64,000 bases of DNA from contig NC_043005.1 of the NCBI RefSeq assembly GCF_006345805.1, positions 57,536,001 through 57,600,000 of the forward strand, read 5' to 3'. Under the pieces are notes generated by a model. The model was not told where the DNA came from. It saw only the letters and a list, made by a program, of their open reading frames with translations, and made no database searches. Positions 40,313 through 54,171 of the stretch are shown in pieces. This DNA is from Octopus sinensis (lineage: Eukaryota). Numbering within the stretch: position 1 is the stretch's first letter; every line of letters starts with the position of its first letter. A program made the translations under genes and the position numbers.

Positions 40313-40665
40313 ATATATAGCACGGGGTTCTATCCAACGATCTAATGATTCTGCCTTTAGTCCTCTATGGTAGTGATAGAAGAACAAGGAAACCCCTATA
40401 AATTCATAAACTCTGATTTAGCTAACCCTTTCAAATTTTTGGTACAAGGCCAATAATTTTAAAGGGAGGGGAAAATCGTTTACATTAAACCCAATGTTCG
40501 GCTGATACTTATTTTATCAGCCCCGAAAGAATAAAAGGCAAAGTCCATCACCGTGGCATTTGTACTCAAAACGTAAAGCCGAAAGAAATGCCGCTAAGTA
40601 TTTTGTCCGGCGTGCTAACGATTCTACCAGTTCACCGCCGTAAATTCTCATATAATTAATACCTA

Positions 40666-40896
40666 TTTCTTTACTACCCACAAGGGGCTAAACATAGAGT
40701 GGACAAACGGACAGACAAAAGGATTAAGACGATTACATCGACCCCAGTGCGTAACTGGTACTTAATTTATCGACACCGAAAGGACGAATGGCAAAGTCGA
40801 CCTCGGCGGAATTTGAACTCAGAAAGTAACGGCAGACGAAATACCGCTAAGCATTTCGCCTGGCGTGCTAACGTTTCTGCCAGCTCGCCGCCTTAA
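40666..40896 (-). mobile_element. Family B SINE next to an older B copy (about 40430-40640)
   Basis: Family consensus match; approximate 22-bp flanking direct repeat AAATTCT.ATATAAT.AATACC. Confidence 0.85.
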
Positions 40897-41951
40897 ATTC
40901 TGATATAATGAATACCGCCTGTTCAATAGGAGATAAAGAATTAGATGATTTTTGTTGACGGTAAGTTGAAATGGTCACCAAAATTGTAAACGATGAAAGG
41001 AAGTCTGATGCTGATAACCGAAATCAATGCTTACTACAGAAATTGTATATGGACAACAAACAGCAATGAATCTGGAAATTAATTTCATTAATAATGGTCC
41101 TTAGATGCGATGTAGTTGGAAGTTATAAAGGGAAATATGGCAAACTATAGAGACATAAGAAAATCATTACATTGATTTGTAAAAGAGATATGTTACACAA
41201 GTCTGAAATTATGAATTTCATAAGACAACGGGTTATTCAACAGACGTTAAAGAAAGAACTAATTTAATAACTTTAAGTGAAAGCAAAAAGCAAGGAAATA
41301 GACACTATATACAAAGGCTATGTATAAAAAGTGTTTGCATGGTCGTATTTTTTTTTATCTTCGTTTCAATAAATCATTGTTGAAATTTTGCTTGTATATT
41401 TTTATTAATAACATTTAAAAAAAAACAAAAAACAAACGCATCAATGTCGACTTACTCGATTTTCGTTTGGACGGCAAATTACGTAACCAACTCACCGTGT
41501 AATACCGAGTGATAGCTATGTATGTATATATGTATGTATATATATGTACCTGTATCTGTGTGAGTGTGCTCACACACACACACACACACACAGACACTCA
41601 CACACTCACACACAAACATGTATATGAAGTTCTCCTCTTGTTGAACGAATATGACAAGTAACTGACTATCAATTTGACCATAAAACTTAAAAGGCGGCCC
41701 ACATAGTTCTTTCTATAATATTAAGTAAGTGTAAATCCTTTTCTATTAAAGAAAAAAAAAAACAAAACAAGAAAACAAGCAAAAAACAACCGTGATAATT
41801 CTCATTGTCAAATGACTAAGAGCTCAATTCATCCAATAACTTATTTTATGACATTCGTTTAAAGGAAAAAACAAAATTCTCTGACGTATTTTGAAAGTTT
41901 TTATGGCAGCAGCAATAAATACTTCAGTAGCTACAAATTGAAGTAACATCA

Positions 41952-42043
<92 letters not shown>

Positions 42044-42189
42044 GTTTGTCTGTCTTTTATTTTATGAAACTGTCATTTAACTCTCTCAACTGTCAGCCAC
42101 TGTGAGCGCGCGTGCGAGGTGTTTATGTGTGTGTGTGCATGTGCATGCTCGTGTATATACATGCACACGTACATACATACATACATACA

Positions 42190-42225
<36 letters not shown>

Positions 42226-42229
42226 TATA

Positions 42230-42308
<79 letters not shown>

Positions 42309-42520
42309 ATCAAAATAAGCAACAAGTATATCCAGAGGTAATGCAGTACGATCGTTTCATGCGACTCCATTTAATTTAAACAAAAAGTATTACATCAGTT
42401 TAAAAATGTAAAGCAATCTTCTGCTGCATATAAATATAGAAAATAGCTAAATCTAAAAGATTCGTTTTTATAGTTATTCCATGTACCAACATCACTAAGA
42501 GGGTAAGTAGGTAGACAGAG

Positions 42521-42577
<57 letters not shown>

Positions 42578-42598
42578 ATATATAAATGTATGTATATA

Positions 42599-42637
<39 letters not shown>

Positions 42638-43264
42638 CACATTAGCACACGTATATTACATGTATACAAATGTATGTTATGTATGTATGTGTGTGTACAA
42701 ATAGAGAGACTTTTGAGAGAACGTGAAATAAGTTTTAGAAACGGTGAATATTGTAACAGATAAAGCCATAAGTTTCTGAATTCTTACGTTGTCAATGACA
42801 TACAATTCTCACTGGTAAAAAAAAAACTTTCAAAACCGGATTTAGAAATTCGGAGGTTTGCTTTGGTCCAATGCTAGACCAATGGTACAGCAAATGTGAA
42901 AGCCTTCCCCTTGTTTTATATTTTATATATTGTATTTTAGTGTATTTAAAGATATTCAGCTTTGAGTTTAATCAACACAACCTAACTGTAATTGCAATGG
43001 TGATCCTTTCCTAGGTTTTAATAAATATACTTCATTAATAGTATTGTACGTTCTGAGTTCGAATCCCACCTGTCTGGATAAGGTTACAGGAAACAATTCC
43101 AGTATCCATCCCAAATCTAGTCATGGTAGCTGAAGTTCCGTTAATCTACTTAACGGTGGAAGGCAAGGTTACGCCTCATCCCAGTAATGGAAAAGATTCA
43201 CATGCACAAGACCTACCCAAGAGTAGACCTCTATTAGACTAGACTAGACTAGACTGGTATTGTG

Positions 43265-44040
43265 CACTACAGGCTTTGGGCAAATTAAGAATAATTTGGA
43301 AGTTTACGTTGCCTGACCCGGTAAAAAGGCCATACTATTTCTTCAGAGTCTAATTCTTCAGACCCACACTAAAATTAGTTCTTCTTTACGATTCATCAGC
43401 GTTGACTCTGACAAAAAAGATAGACAGCAAGCTTTCTATCGTATGTTGCTTGCTGTTCTCAACAAATTATGGAAACGATATTCAACGAAAGAAGAACTTC
43501 ATAGAAATATTCCCAACATATCATCGATCACATGTTTAGATCATCTCTACAGATTTTCAATAATAATTATAGCAAGCACTGATTTTGTTACGCTGTTTCG
43601 TATCCGAGACGTCAGATGTAAAGAAACAATGAAATCGAAAATGAAAAACCGGGTAATGGGCATATATGCCATATTTCGGGAGTTTTTGCTCCTTCATCAG
43701 CACCCATGTAAGCCATTAATCATTGAAGAAATCATTGCTTAAATAGTTACAACATATAGCGGTGTAACATTATTGGATATACCGGTGTACATATTAAACA
43801 CGTTCCTGGAAACTGGGCAAGATATGCAGGTCACTGCTATCAAAACAAAGATAAATTAGTGAGTGAACTCCTGTGAATTCCGAATTCCATGGAAATTCTC
43901 ATATCAGACGACCTGAATGACATACATTGACCAATTGTCAAGTGATGTAGAGTAACAAATAGAAGACCTCAAAAATGTCATGGAAGACAGGAACGCTTGG
44001 ACAGAAAGAATTGTTTCATTCCGGGCGACTCAACCGAAAC
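43265..44040 (+). mobile_element. Degraded RTE LINE 3' remnant with internal insertions
   Basis: ALGKLRIIWK, YRMLLAVLN.LWK..ST.EEL, TYIDQL..D..EDL..VMEDR..W. Confidence 0.7.
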
Positions 44041-44107
44041 GGAAAAAAAGAGAAAGAAGGGAAAATAATTGGCTTTGTAAAATTACACGTCACTCAGACA
44101 GATAGAC

Positions 44108-44155
<48 letters not shown>

Positions 44156-44188
44156 TATATATATTATACATATTAATATATAGGGGTG

Positions 44189-44222
<34 letters not shown>

Positions 44223-44246
44223 TATTATATATGGGTGTATATTATA

Positions 44247-44281
<35 letters not shown>

Positions 44282-44533
44282 GAGGGTTGTGTATATTATA
44301 TATATCTATATATATATATATATATATACACATACCCATATATTATATATATATGGGTGTATATAATATATATATATATATATATACACATATATATATA
44401 TATATATGGGTGTGTATATAGATATATAATATATATATATATATATATACACATTCTATATATATATATGGGTGTGTATAATATATATATATATATTATA
44501 TATATACACATATATATATTATATATATGGGTG

Positions 44534-44597
<64 letters not shown>

Positions 44598-44618
44598 GAT
44601 ATATTATATATATATATT

Positions 44619-44711
<93 letters not shown>

Positions 44712-44979
44712 CCTATATATATTATATATATATACATATATATATATTACATATATATATATATTATATATCATATATATATATATACATATTATATATA
44801 TATATACATAATATATACATATATATATATATATATATACATATATACATATATATATATACATATATTAAATATATATACATATATATAACATATATAT
44901 AATATATAATATTTACATATATATATATATATATATATATACCTATATATTATATATATACATATATAATAATACAATC

Positions 44980-45030
<51 letters not shown>

Positions 45031-45077
45031 ATATACATATATATATACATATAAATATACATATATATATTATACAT

Positions 45078-45145
<68 letters not shown>

Positions 45146-45155
45146 ATATATATTG
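44108..45155. repeat. About 1-kb compound (TA)n micro/minisatellite
   Basis: TA array with GGGTGTA and CATA variant units. Confidence 0.95.
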
Positions 45156-45377
45156 ATTACTTAGTCGATAACTATATACGTAGATATACCAGGAGATTGA
45201 TCAATCAGTCTAACGATCCATAGATTGATAACAAATTGTTAGTGAGATTGATAAAAAATAGATTGATAAGGAAAAAGTAGATTGATTGATCGATCAAACG
45301 ATACATAGACAGGGTGATCGATCGTCAAACGAAAAAAGAATATACATATATACATACATACATATATATATATATAT

Positions 45378-45426
<49 letters not shown>

Positions 45427-45682
45427 ATGTATGTATGTATATATGTATGTCTGTGTGTGTGTGTGATTCAGTACGTGTGTATGCATGAATGTATGTACGT
45501 ACATATATTTAATACAGTGGTCAGAAGAGGCATAACATCGCCTGTGGGATTCGAACAACGTGTTTACTGTAAACTATTCTAACACTCTCTCTCACACACA
45601 CATACATATATTCATATATGCATGTGTATACATACAAAAACATATATCGTAATATAATATATGATATATATATCTATATATA

Positions 45683-45734
<52 letters not shown>

Positions 45735-46142
45735 TATATATATATCGTCATATATATACATATATATATCGTAAAATATATTTGCCAACTAAATGTGGCG
45801 GTCCTATAGAGAACGATGTTACTGTTGTTTTTAGCCCCATGAAGCTATCTCCTCCAGCTGGTCAACGACACAATCTGTGTCTGATCGGAGTGGGGGGTGT
45901 TCCAAAATTCGCGCACCATTCTGGTTTTCATTAAAAATCCTTGACGCAATTTATTTAATTTTATTTTTTTCTAATTTATTTTATTATATTTAATTTATTT
46001 CTATCAATTGTTATGATTGTTATGATTAATTTCAATAAAGTGTTTTTCAAATCAATAAAGGTGTATGTTTTTGAAAAACCAGGATGGTGCTCGATTTCAG
46101 GGACACCCTGTATATATATATTTTTCTTTATTTTAATTGTTT

Positions 46143-46242
46143 NNNNNNNNNNNNNNNNNNNNNNNNNNNNNNNNNNNNNNNNNNNNNNNNNNNNNNNNNN
46201 NNNNNNNNNNNNNNNNNNNNNNNNNNNNNNNNNNNNNNNNNN
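46143..46242. other. Assembly gap (100 N)
   Basis: Run of N. Confidence 1.
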
Positions 46243-46439
46243 GGTCAAAAAATAAACTTGTCAATCTACTTCATTTCTGGTAATATTTCATAGGATTGGG
46301 GTAACTCCTCAAGTGGGTATACAGAAACACACTAGATGCCGAAATATCCTTCACACCCTCCTTTTTTTTTTTTGCTTCTGTATAGCTTCTGGAGGAGTTA
46401 CCTCAATCCTGCTGGAATATGAGAAAGAGGGAGAAACTT

Positions 46440-46942
46440 CAAATGGTGACCCAGAAATATACATAAATCATTTAGAAAAATTAAAGTCAGACTTTAAAGA
46501 ACGATTCAAGGATCTGGAGAAAATGCATGTGTTTGACTAGACTGTTATGCCCTTTGACATGAAAATAGAAAACGCAGGTATTGAGCCAAAGTTACAAAAT
46601 GGGTTCATTGATATGTGCATGGATCTTGAAACTAAATCCTTATTTAAAAACAGATATGAGCGATCACTGGAGTAATATAAATACCAAAGATAAATCGACC
46701 GAGCTTAGTGCAGCAGCTGACATATTTTTACTTATATTCCCGAGTGCATATTTTGTTGAAATGGGTTTGTTGTAATGCAGGTTCACTTTCAACATGGTGT
46801 AAAAAAGAAATTTGTAGAATGAACCTGGAAGAGAAACAGAATGTACCTGGAAGGGTTCAGTGATTTACGGCTAAAACTCACTAATTTCCAGTTAAATATC
46901 GATGCAATAACTAATATTCGCCAAACACATATTTCACATTAA
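46440..46942 (+). mobile_element. hAT (ZBED8/FAM200-like) transposase C-terminal remnant
   Basis: IYINHLEKLKSDFKERFKDL, FLLIFPSAYFVE.G, DLRLKLTNF..I..I...QTH.SH. Confidence 0.8.
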
Positions 46943-48045
46943 ATATTCCGATTATAACAATATAATGGAATTTTTATCGCTCCTCATCAATTTCGTCAAG
47001 TATGTAAGGACAGAATAATTTGTTTTGGTGTATAAATCGATGGAAAAGCCAGAATCTTTGTGAAGCTCTAAATACAAAATATTAATTAACGTTAACAAAA
47101 TAATATTTCACCAAGTGAAGAAGTTCTGGAAGCTGTTTGTGATATGTAGCAGTATTGATAGCAGTCATCGTTGTGGGTCGTAGACTCTTGCATATAGCTG
47201 GCTTACGCTGTATTACGGCTACCGTGTTATCGTATAGCTGAAGTTGCGTGGCATAAATTCGTACAGCCATTGGCCTTGGCTGGGCTGCGACTACTGTCGT
47301 GTAGCCGATGTTGAGTAAGTGTACATTCATGCAACCCTTGATCTTGATTGGGTTGCGATCACAGGTCAGTTAACAGACATACGATCTATACATACCTGAC
47401 GGGCTGTTATAGAAAAGGTGCCAAAGACAAAATTGTTAATGATGTTCGCATATGTTGCTTACAGCACTGGGATTCTAATGAATTAAGCATTAGTTGACCA
47501 GCCCAGCTATTAATGTTTCAACCGGAGATTTGAATGGTCAGTTGTTTGCTGATGTCATCAAACTATGACAGAATCTGGTTTGTGTTGGTTAGTTACTTTT
47601 ACATCTGAACATAGAGACTTAGGTTCGATTACTAGGCTATAAGTTGGTGTTTGGTACACTGCTGAATATTTGTGTTATAAATATTTTCATTGAGTTTTTC
47701 CAAATATTTCTTATTAAAAAGCGACCATGACACAAAAGAAAGAAGGAATTACTGTTTGTAAATCAACATTTTTTTTGTCATTTATACTTTTTGAATTTAA
47801 TTTTAGGAATTTACACAATGGTGTAGTCAATAAGTTATCAACGATTCCATGTAAGGGGTCAAAGATTTAAGTTTGTTGACACTTGGTTTGGATAAAGCTT
47901 GAAATAAAAAAAAAACCTCTTTGCAGTAGTATATATTTGCTCGGATATTCTGCAGACAGAGTTACTTCTTTTCCATCGTACATATGTACATGCACTTGGA
48001 CATATGTATAAATGTATGCATTTACGTATAATATATATATGTATA

Positions 48046-48103
<58 letters not shown>

Positions 48104-48316
48104 CAATACATTACGCACACATATATGTGTATACTTTACTATATATACATAAACATATACCCACACGCGCACACGCACACACATCCACATGTGCAGTCGT
48201 GTACATTTCTCTTATCAAAAAACTTTACACACACACGCACACTCACACTCACACACACAAACACACGCATACACACACACACTCACAACGACGCACACAT
48301 ACGCACTCATACACAC

Positions 48317-48377
<61 letters not shown>

Positions 48378-48693
48378 ACACTAATCACAAACAGACATAA
48401 CATGGCGGCGGCATTATATGCATGAGAGGAAAGGGCAGTGCTTCTGTCGAAAGCATGTATGAAGAGCTGACTTACCGTTTTCCGAGTTACTAAATATTTA
48501 CAGAGTTCGTTCAGGGAATAGTTGACCTTCAAGAGAAATCTGAAAATATTGTTAATTTTTGCATAAATACAGAATGTTACCCCCCCATCTACATTACATA
48601 ATAAATTTTTGTTGACTCTACATTATTAGTCGTATTTAATAAACCGGCTTATCTCTTCATCGTTTTCTGAACACATACTCACACACACACATA

Positions 48694-48744
<51 letters not shown>

Positions 48745-48828
48745 CTCTCTCTCTCTATCACAGACTCTTCCTTAAGCACCTACACATATACACAAATTCT
48801 TTCTTTCTCTCTTAAGAACACACACACA

Positions 48829-48859
<31 letters not shown>

Positions 48860-49319
48860 TATCCTCAATCTCACTCACACACACACACACACAGACTCAC
48901 ACTCACACATAAATTCTCAATCGCACGCACTCACACTTTCTCTCTCTGTCTCTTAAACACACAAACACACACACACATCTACACATAGACTCTCGTACAC
49001 ATATACGCACACAATGTTTATTTTATCAGCCTCACTCTCTCTCTCTCGCTCTCTCTCTCTCTGCCTCTCTTCTAGTCTTGTTTTCTAACATGCACACACA
49101 CATATGTACATATATTTATACACACAGGTATATATATGCGTGTGTTAAGATTTACGAACTAGGAGGAAAAAGATACTTGATACATGCCGTAGAATAAGTT
49201 CATTTTTTTTAAGCTGAAGCAAATTTGAGTTTTCCGTCTCTGCTCTTCAAGGAAGACAAACTGAACTAAACTATATGCACGTACATTTATCCATACATAT
49301 ACATGCAAACAGGCATGCA

Positions 49320-49351
<32 letters not shown>

Positions 49352-49357
<6 letters not shown>

Positions 49358-49555
49358 TAATCCAAACATGAAAGCACAAAAAAACAGAACAACGCGAGGA
49401 CGTGGAACAAATATAGTATTATTGGACGCTCAGGAAAGAAGGGAAGAAGGAGGGTTTAACGTTTCGAGCGGAGCTCTTCGTCGGAAACATAGGAGAAGGA
49501 AACATCCAGAGAAGGGAAGACAAAGGAAAAAAAATCGCCAACGGTACACACGCGG

Positions 49556-49556
<1 letters not shown>
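49352..49556 (-). mobile_element. Short hammerhead-like element (core CCGACGA) ending at (TA)n; inverse copy of 59020-59197
   Basis: Motif at 49454-49488 on the - strand. Confidence 0.6.
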
Positions 49557-49622
<66 letters not shown>

Positions 49623-49745
49623 CGTTTATATTGTTTATGTTTATGTTTTCCAGTTTCAGCTCTTGAGCTGTGGCCATGCTGGGGCACCGCCATATATTTG
49701 TTTTGCAAGATTCTTGATGTGAAACCGTGTGTTGAACCAGATATT

Positions 49746-49920
49746 GTTGTATTTAGGAATGGTCATGTTGCCAGTTTAGCCAATAAAAAACACGCACTAT
49801 GTATTTGGTGCTAATTTGCTTCTAAGATGAATGTAAAAAATAAGCTGAAGCAAATTAACACCAAATATATAGTGCCTGTGTTTTTTGGGCTAAACTGGCA
49901 ACATGACCATCCGTAAATAC

Positions 49921-49923
<3 letters not shown>
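49746..49923. repeat. Palindromic MITE (about 77-bp arms); related inverted pair at 50251-50588 and a fragment near 60350
   Basis: GTTGTATTT..GATGGTCATGTTGCCAGTTTAGCC..GCACTAT.TATTTGGTG.TAATTTGCTTC and its reverse complement. Confidence 0.8.
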
Positions 49924-49968
<45 letters not shown>

Positions 49969-50031
49969 CGTATATTCAAACAATAATAAAAGACACATAC
50001 ACACACACTAACATACATACATAAGTATATT

Positions 50032-50114
<83 letters not shown>

Positions 50115-50487
50115 GTGTGTGTGCGTGTGTGTGTGTAGGTGTGTGGGTTGTGTGTGTGTGTGGTGTGTGTATGTATGTATGTATGTATGTAGGTTTATCA
50201 GTTCGTTTTGCAAGATTCCTGACGTGAAATCGTGTGTTGAAACAGATATTGCTGTATTCCGGGATGGTCATTTTATTTATCATTTTTATTTGCCAAATAA
50301 GCACATGCACTATATATTTTTTCTTCACTCATTTATTACTGGTCTTATTTCATTATTTTAACCCATGTAGAGCAAGAACACACGAAAACGAAAAGTGTCA
50401 CTGAAGAGATCACAGATGTGTGACGAAAGATTTCCGGACAATGGACATAAGTTAAAATAATAAAATGAGAATAGTAATAATGAGTGA

Positions 50488-50533
<46 letters not shown>

Positions 50534-50682
50534 CGTGTGTATATTTGGCAAACATTATATAAATAAAATGACCATCCCGAAATACAACAATATGTATGAA
50601 TGTGTGTATGTGTGTGCGTGTGTGTGTATATATATATATATATTTGTGTGTTAATACATGTATGTGTGTGTGTGTGTGTAAA

Positions 50683-50851
50683 GGCACAAGTGTGGCTGTG
50701 TGGTAAGAAGCTTGCTTCTCAACCACATGGTTCCCAGGTTCAGTCCCATTGCGTTGCACCTTGGGTAAGTGTCTTCTAAAGCTTCGGCCGACCAAAGCCT
50801 TGTGAGTGGATTTGGTTGACAGAAACTAAAAGATGCCCGCTGTACATATAC

Positions 50852-50884
<33 letters not shown>

Positions 50885-51140
50885 TGTATGTATGTATGTA
50901 TATATGTATGTACGTATGTATGTATGTACGTATGTATGTATGTATATTTGTATGTATGTATGTATGTATGTATGTATGTATGTATGTATGTATGTATGTA
51001 TTTGTTATCTGTGTTTGTCCCCACATCATCGCTTGACAACTGATGTTGGTGTGTATACGTCCTTATAATTTGGCGGTTCGGCAAAAGGTACTAATAGAAT
51101 AAGTACTAGGTTTACAAAGAATAAGTTCTGGGTTCGATTT
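50683..51140 (+). mobile_element. Family A SINE with (TATG)n core
   Basis: Consensus match to 2719-3160. Confidence 0.85.
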
Positions 51141-51189
51141 GTTATATTGTGTGTGTGTGTGTGTGTGTGTATGTAATTATATATATATA

Positions 51190-51262
<73 letters not shown>

Positions 51263-51263
51263 A

Positions 51264-51456
51264 GATCGTTAGCTCCTACACACATTTTTTCTCTTCCTTG
51301 TTTCTCTCCTTGTTTTTTTTTGTGTATCTTTCTGTCGAAGAGCGTAGGCTCGAAACGTAAAAGAGCGCCATACTATTCCTGAGCGCCATACTAATACATT
51401 TGTTTGTTTGTACTCCACCTGCCTTCGTCTTTTGTTATTTTCGTAAACCTTCCCGT
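51264..51456 (+). mobile_element. Short hammerhead-like element (core CTGTCGA) between TA tracts
   Basis: Stem I TCTTT/AAAGA, stem II GAGC/GCTC, GAAACGTA at 51327-51364. Confidence 0.62.
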
Positions 51457-52499
51457 ATATATATATATATACGACGTGGTTCTTCCAGTTTCCGTCTACC
51501 AAATTCACTCAGAAGGCTTTGGTCGGCCCGAGCCTATAGTAGAAGACACTAGTTCATGGTGTCACGCAATGGGACTGAACCCAGAACCATATGGTTGGGA
51601 TGCAATCTTCTTACCACACAGCCTCACTTAAAATGTTTTTAAACAAGAGAAGGCTCGTCGATTGCATCGACCCCACTGCTCAACTGGTACTTGCTTTATT
51701 GATAATGAAAAGATAAAAGGAGTGGTCGACCTCGGTGGAACTTCAACTCAGAAAGTAAGGACAAGTAAAATGCCGCTAAGCATTTTGTTCGGCACAGAAA
51801 CGATTCTACCAGATTGCTACATTTTTTAGTCATACTAATGACACTAAAAATGTGTAACTGGTTATTCATTTTTAGTTTTCTTTCATATGAATTTTACTGC
51901 TTTTTTTCAGACGCATCACACAAATGTCTGCACACATACTTATTTTTAAATGTATAAATGTGTTTTGCTTTCAATGCTAGATCAGTCTGCAAAGAAATAA
52001 AATGATATTCGTTTAATTATTTAGAAATAAATATATATTAGATTTCTTTTTTGACTATGTGTTATTTCGACAATAAGAGGAGAGCTTGTGTGGTTGCGTG
52101 CTTCTGTGTGTATGTTTGTGGTGTGTGTGTGTGTGTTTGTGCGTATGTAATGTTGCGGAGTAAGAATGAAATCAAGATGAAATGTGGCCGTGGTCTTTGA
52201 AGATGGAATGATTTCTCCGACATTTGATTAAATTTATTGATTTATGGTTTAAAATCTTTGATTTATAGTTTAAGTCTTTGATTTACGGATTTCGATAAAA
52301 TATCGATTTTCTCATATTGGTTCAAGGTCAGTTTAAGGGAGAATGTTTCGAGGTTGGAATCGATTTCAGTAAAAGCTTGATTCTTATTTTATCGATCTGG
52401 ACTACGAAAAGCAAAGTCAGTACAGTCGAGTGAATCTACTAAACACTGTTCAGAGGAGAGACCGATATATCGAGTTAAGCAAATAAACTCAGCATTAGC

Positions 52500-52750
52500 C
52501 TGCTAAGTGTGTGTCTTTGTGGTGTGGGTGTTGGACTCATGATCATAAGATTGTGGTTTCGATTCCTGGATCTGGCGATGCGTTGTGTTCTTGAGCAAAA
52601 GACTTTATTTCACGTTGTTCCAGCCCATTCAGCTGGTAAAAGTGAGTAATCCTGCGACGGACCGACGTCCTGTTCATTTGGGGGAATATATACGCCATGA
52701 AACCGGGAAACCGGCCCTAATGAGTCGGTACGTCTTGAGAAGATAACTTT
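52500..52750 (+). mobile_element. Family C SINE (diverged)
   Basis: Similar to 9220-9485. Confidence 0.75.
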
Positions 52751-54106
52751 ACCTTTACCTAGGTGTGTCGACAATGCTGAACAGACATGGGCAAACTGCG
52801 ACCCGCAGTACTTTCTAGATGGTACGTTTAAAAAAAAAATAGTTATTTTGAATTCTTTTCAGTATTGAAGATCGCATGATGATGAACCATGTCTTATGTG
52901 GCCCGCTTCTGTAAAAAGGTTGCCCATGCCTAATTTAGGACACCGAGAGAAGCAGCTGGAGTTATTATGTACCTGTCCTCTTCCACAGCTTAACCATTTT
53001 GCATTTGGATTATTCTATCAAATGGAATGCTTATTTTTCATATAGTTTTGAATTTACCATGCATTATCTCGTAGCTTCAAGATTTCCACTAATGTAATTT
53101 GTTTATTTTTAGAATGACATTGTAAGGTATGTGCGACAGGCTGGATCTGGTTAGTTTGATCATGAAACAGGTAGATTAGTTTGGCCTGGTATGGCCAGTT
53201 GAAATGCAAAATATTAAAATTCCTTCTTTCACTCAACGGCAACGAAGTCGACAATGCGCAGACATGATTCATGTGCAGTTCTTCCAGACTGTTCCCTATT
53301 CGCTACATATAACTGTCCATCGGACTGAGCTGGTGAAATTATATTTTCTATTCCTCTAGAATAGGCCAAAGGTCAATGAGTTCACGACTTTGACCAGCCT
53401 GCGTCCAGTATCTATATTGAAAAAATAAGACGAAAATGTTTAGCGAACTTTAACATGGAAATATAGAAAGAAAGCATGTACCGGTTTCGGTTGTATAAGC
53501 TGGAATAAAATGGAAAGGAAAATTAGATTAATTTAAATTAAACTTTCATAATATCAGTTCTGGAGGTTCATATATTTTTATAAAAATCACAAGGTGCTGT
53601 ATTTCATGTCATGATGGATGCTGGTTGGTATAGATGGCTGCTTACATATATGTTATATATATACATTATACACCTCCTCCACATACAAACACACTTATAA
53701 AGTTATAGGAAATATTACCGACCGATGGTTTTCTTTTTACTTCTTTTACCTTCTTTTTCAATATTTCAGGATTAGTCCCACCTCTTCTATGGGAAGTCTT
53801 CGGAAAAATGGTGTTGTGAGCTAACTTCTCTTTTTTGCAGTGTGTCAGAGTAGTTGGCCCCGATGATTTCCTTAAGAGGGAGGGGGACGAGCCCAAAATA
53901 TTGTATTACACGGTAAAATCACAAACCATCGACTTCTTTTATGTCTTAGCCCTTTCCCCACACATACATACTTGCGTAACTGAACATGGTAAAAATTGAA
54001 AAGATCTAACATCGATGCTTTGAACTGAGAGTCGAGCGACGAATGCAAATACTAAAAGATATTTAACTCGACTCTCCTTTTTCAGTGCTGCCACTGATTT
54101 TAGGAG

Positions 54107-54171
54107 AGAATTTCAAAAGATCGAACCCGTTTTGGGTTTTACCCAAAACGGGTTCGATCTTTTGAAATTCT
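54107..54171. repeat. Perfect 31-bp inverted repeat with 3-nt spacer
   Basis: AGAATTTCAAAAGATCGAACCCGTTTTGGGT-TTT-ACCCAAAACGGGTTCGATCTTTTGAAATTCT. Confidence 0.98.

Noticed and set aside
42474-42502. 29-nt plus-strand exon (TTTTTATAG|..|GTAAGT)
   Set aside because: Not frame-preserving, unsupported, and expected by chance in AT-rich DNA
47110-47330. Possible solo LTR or exon
   Set aside because: No TSD, partner LTR, splice signals or recognisable peptide found
53770-53840. Mutually exclusive exon pair
   Set aside because: Entry phases of the two candidates do not match, and the upstream donor is weak
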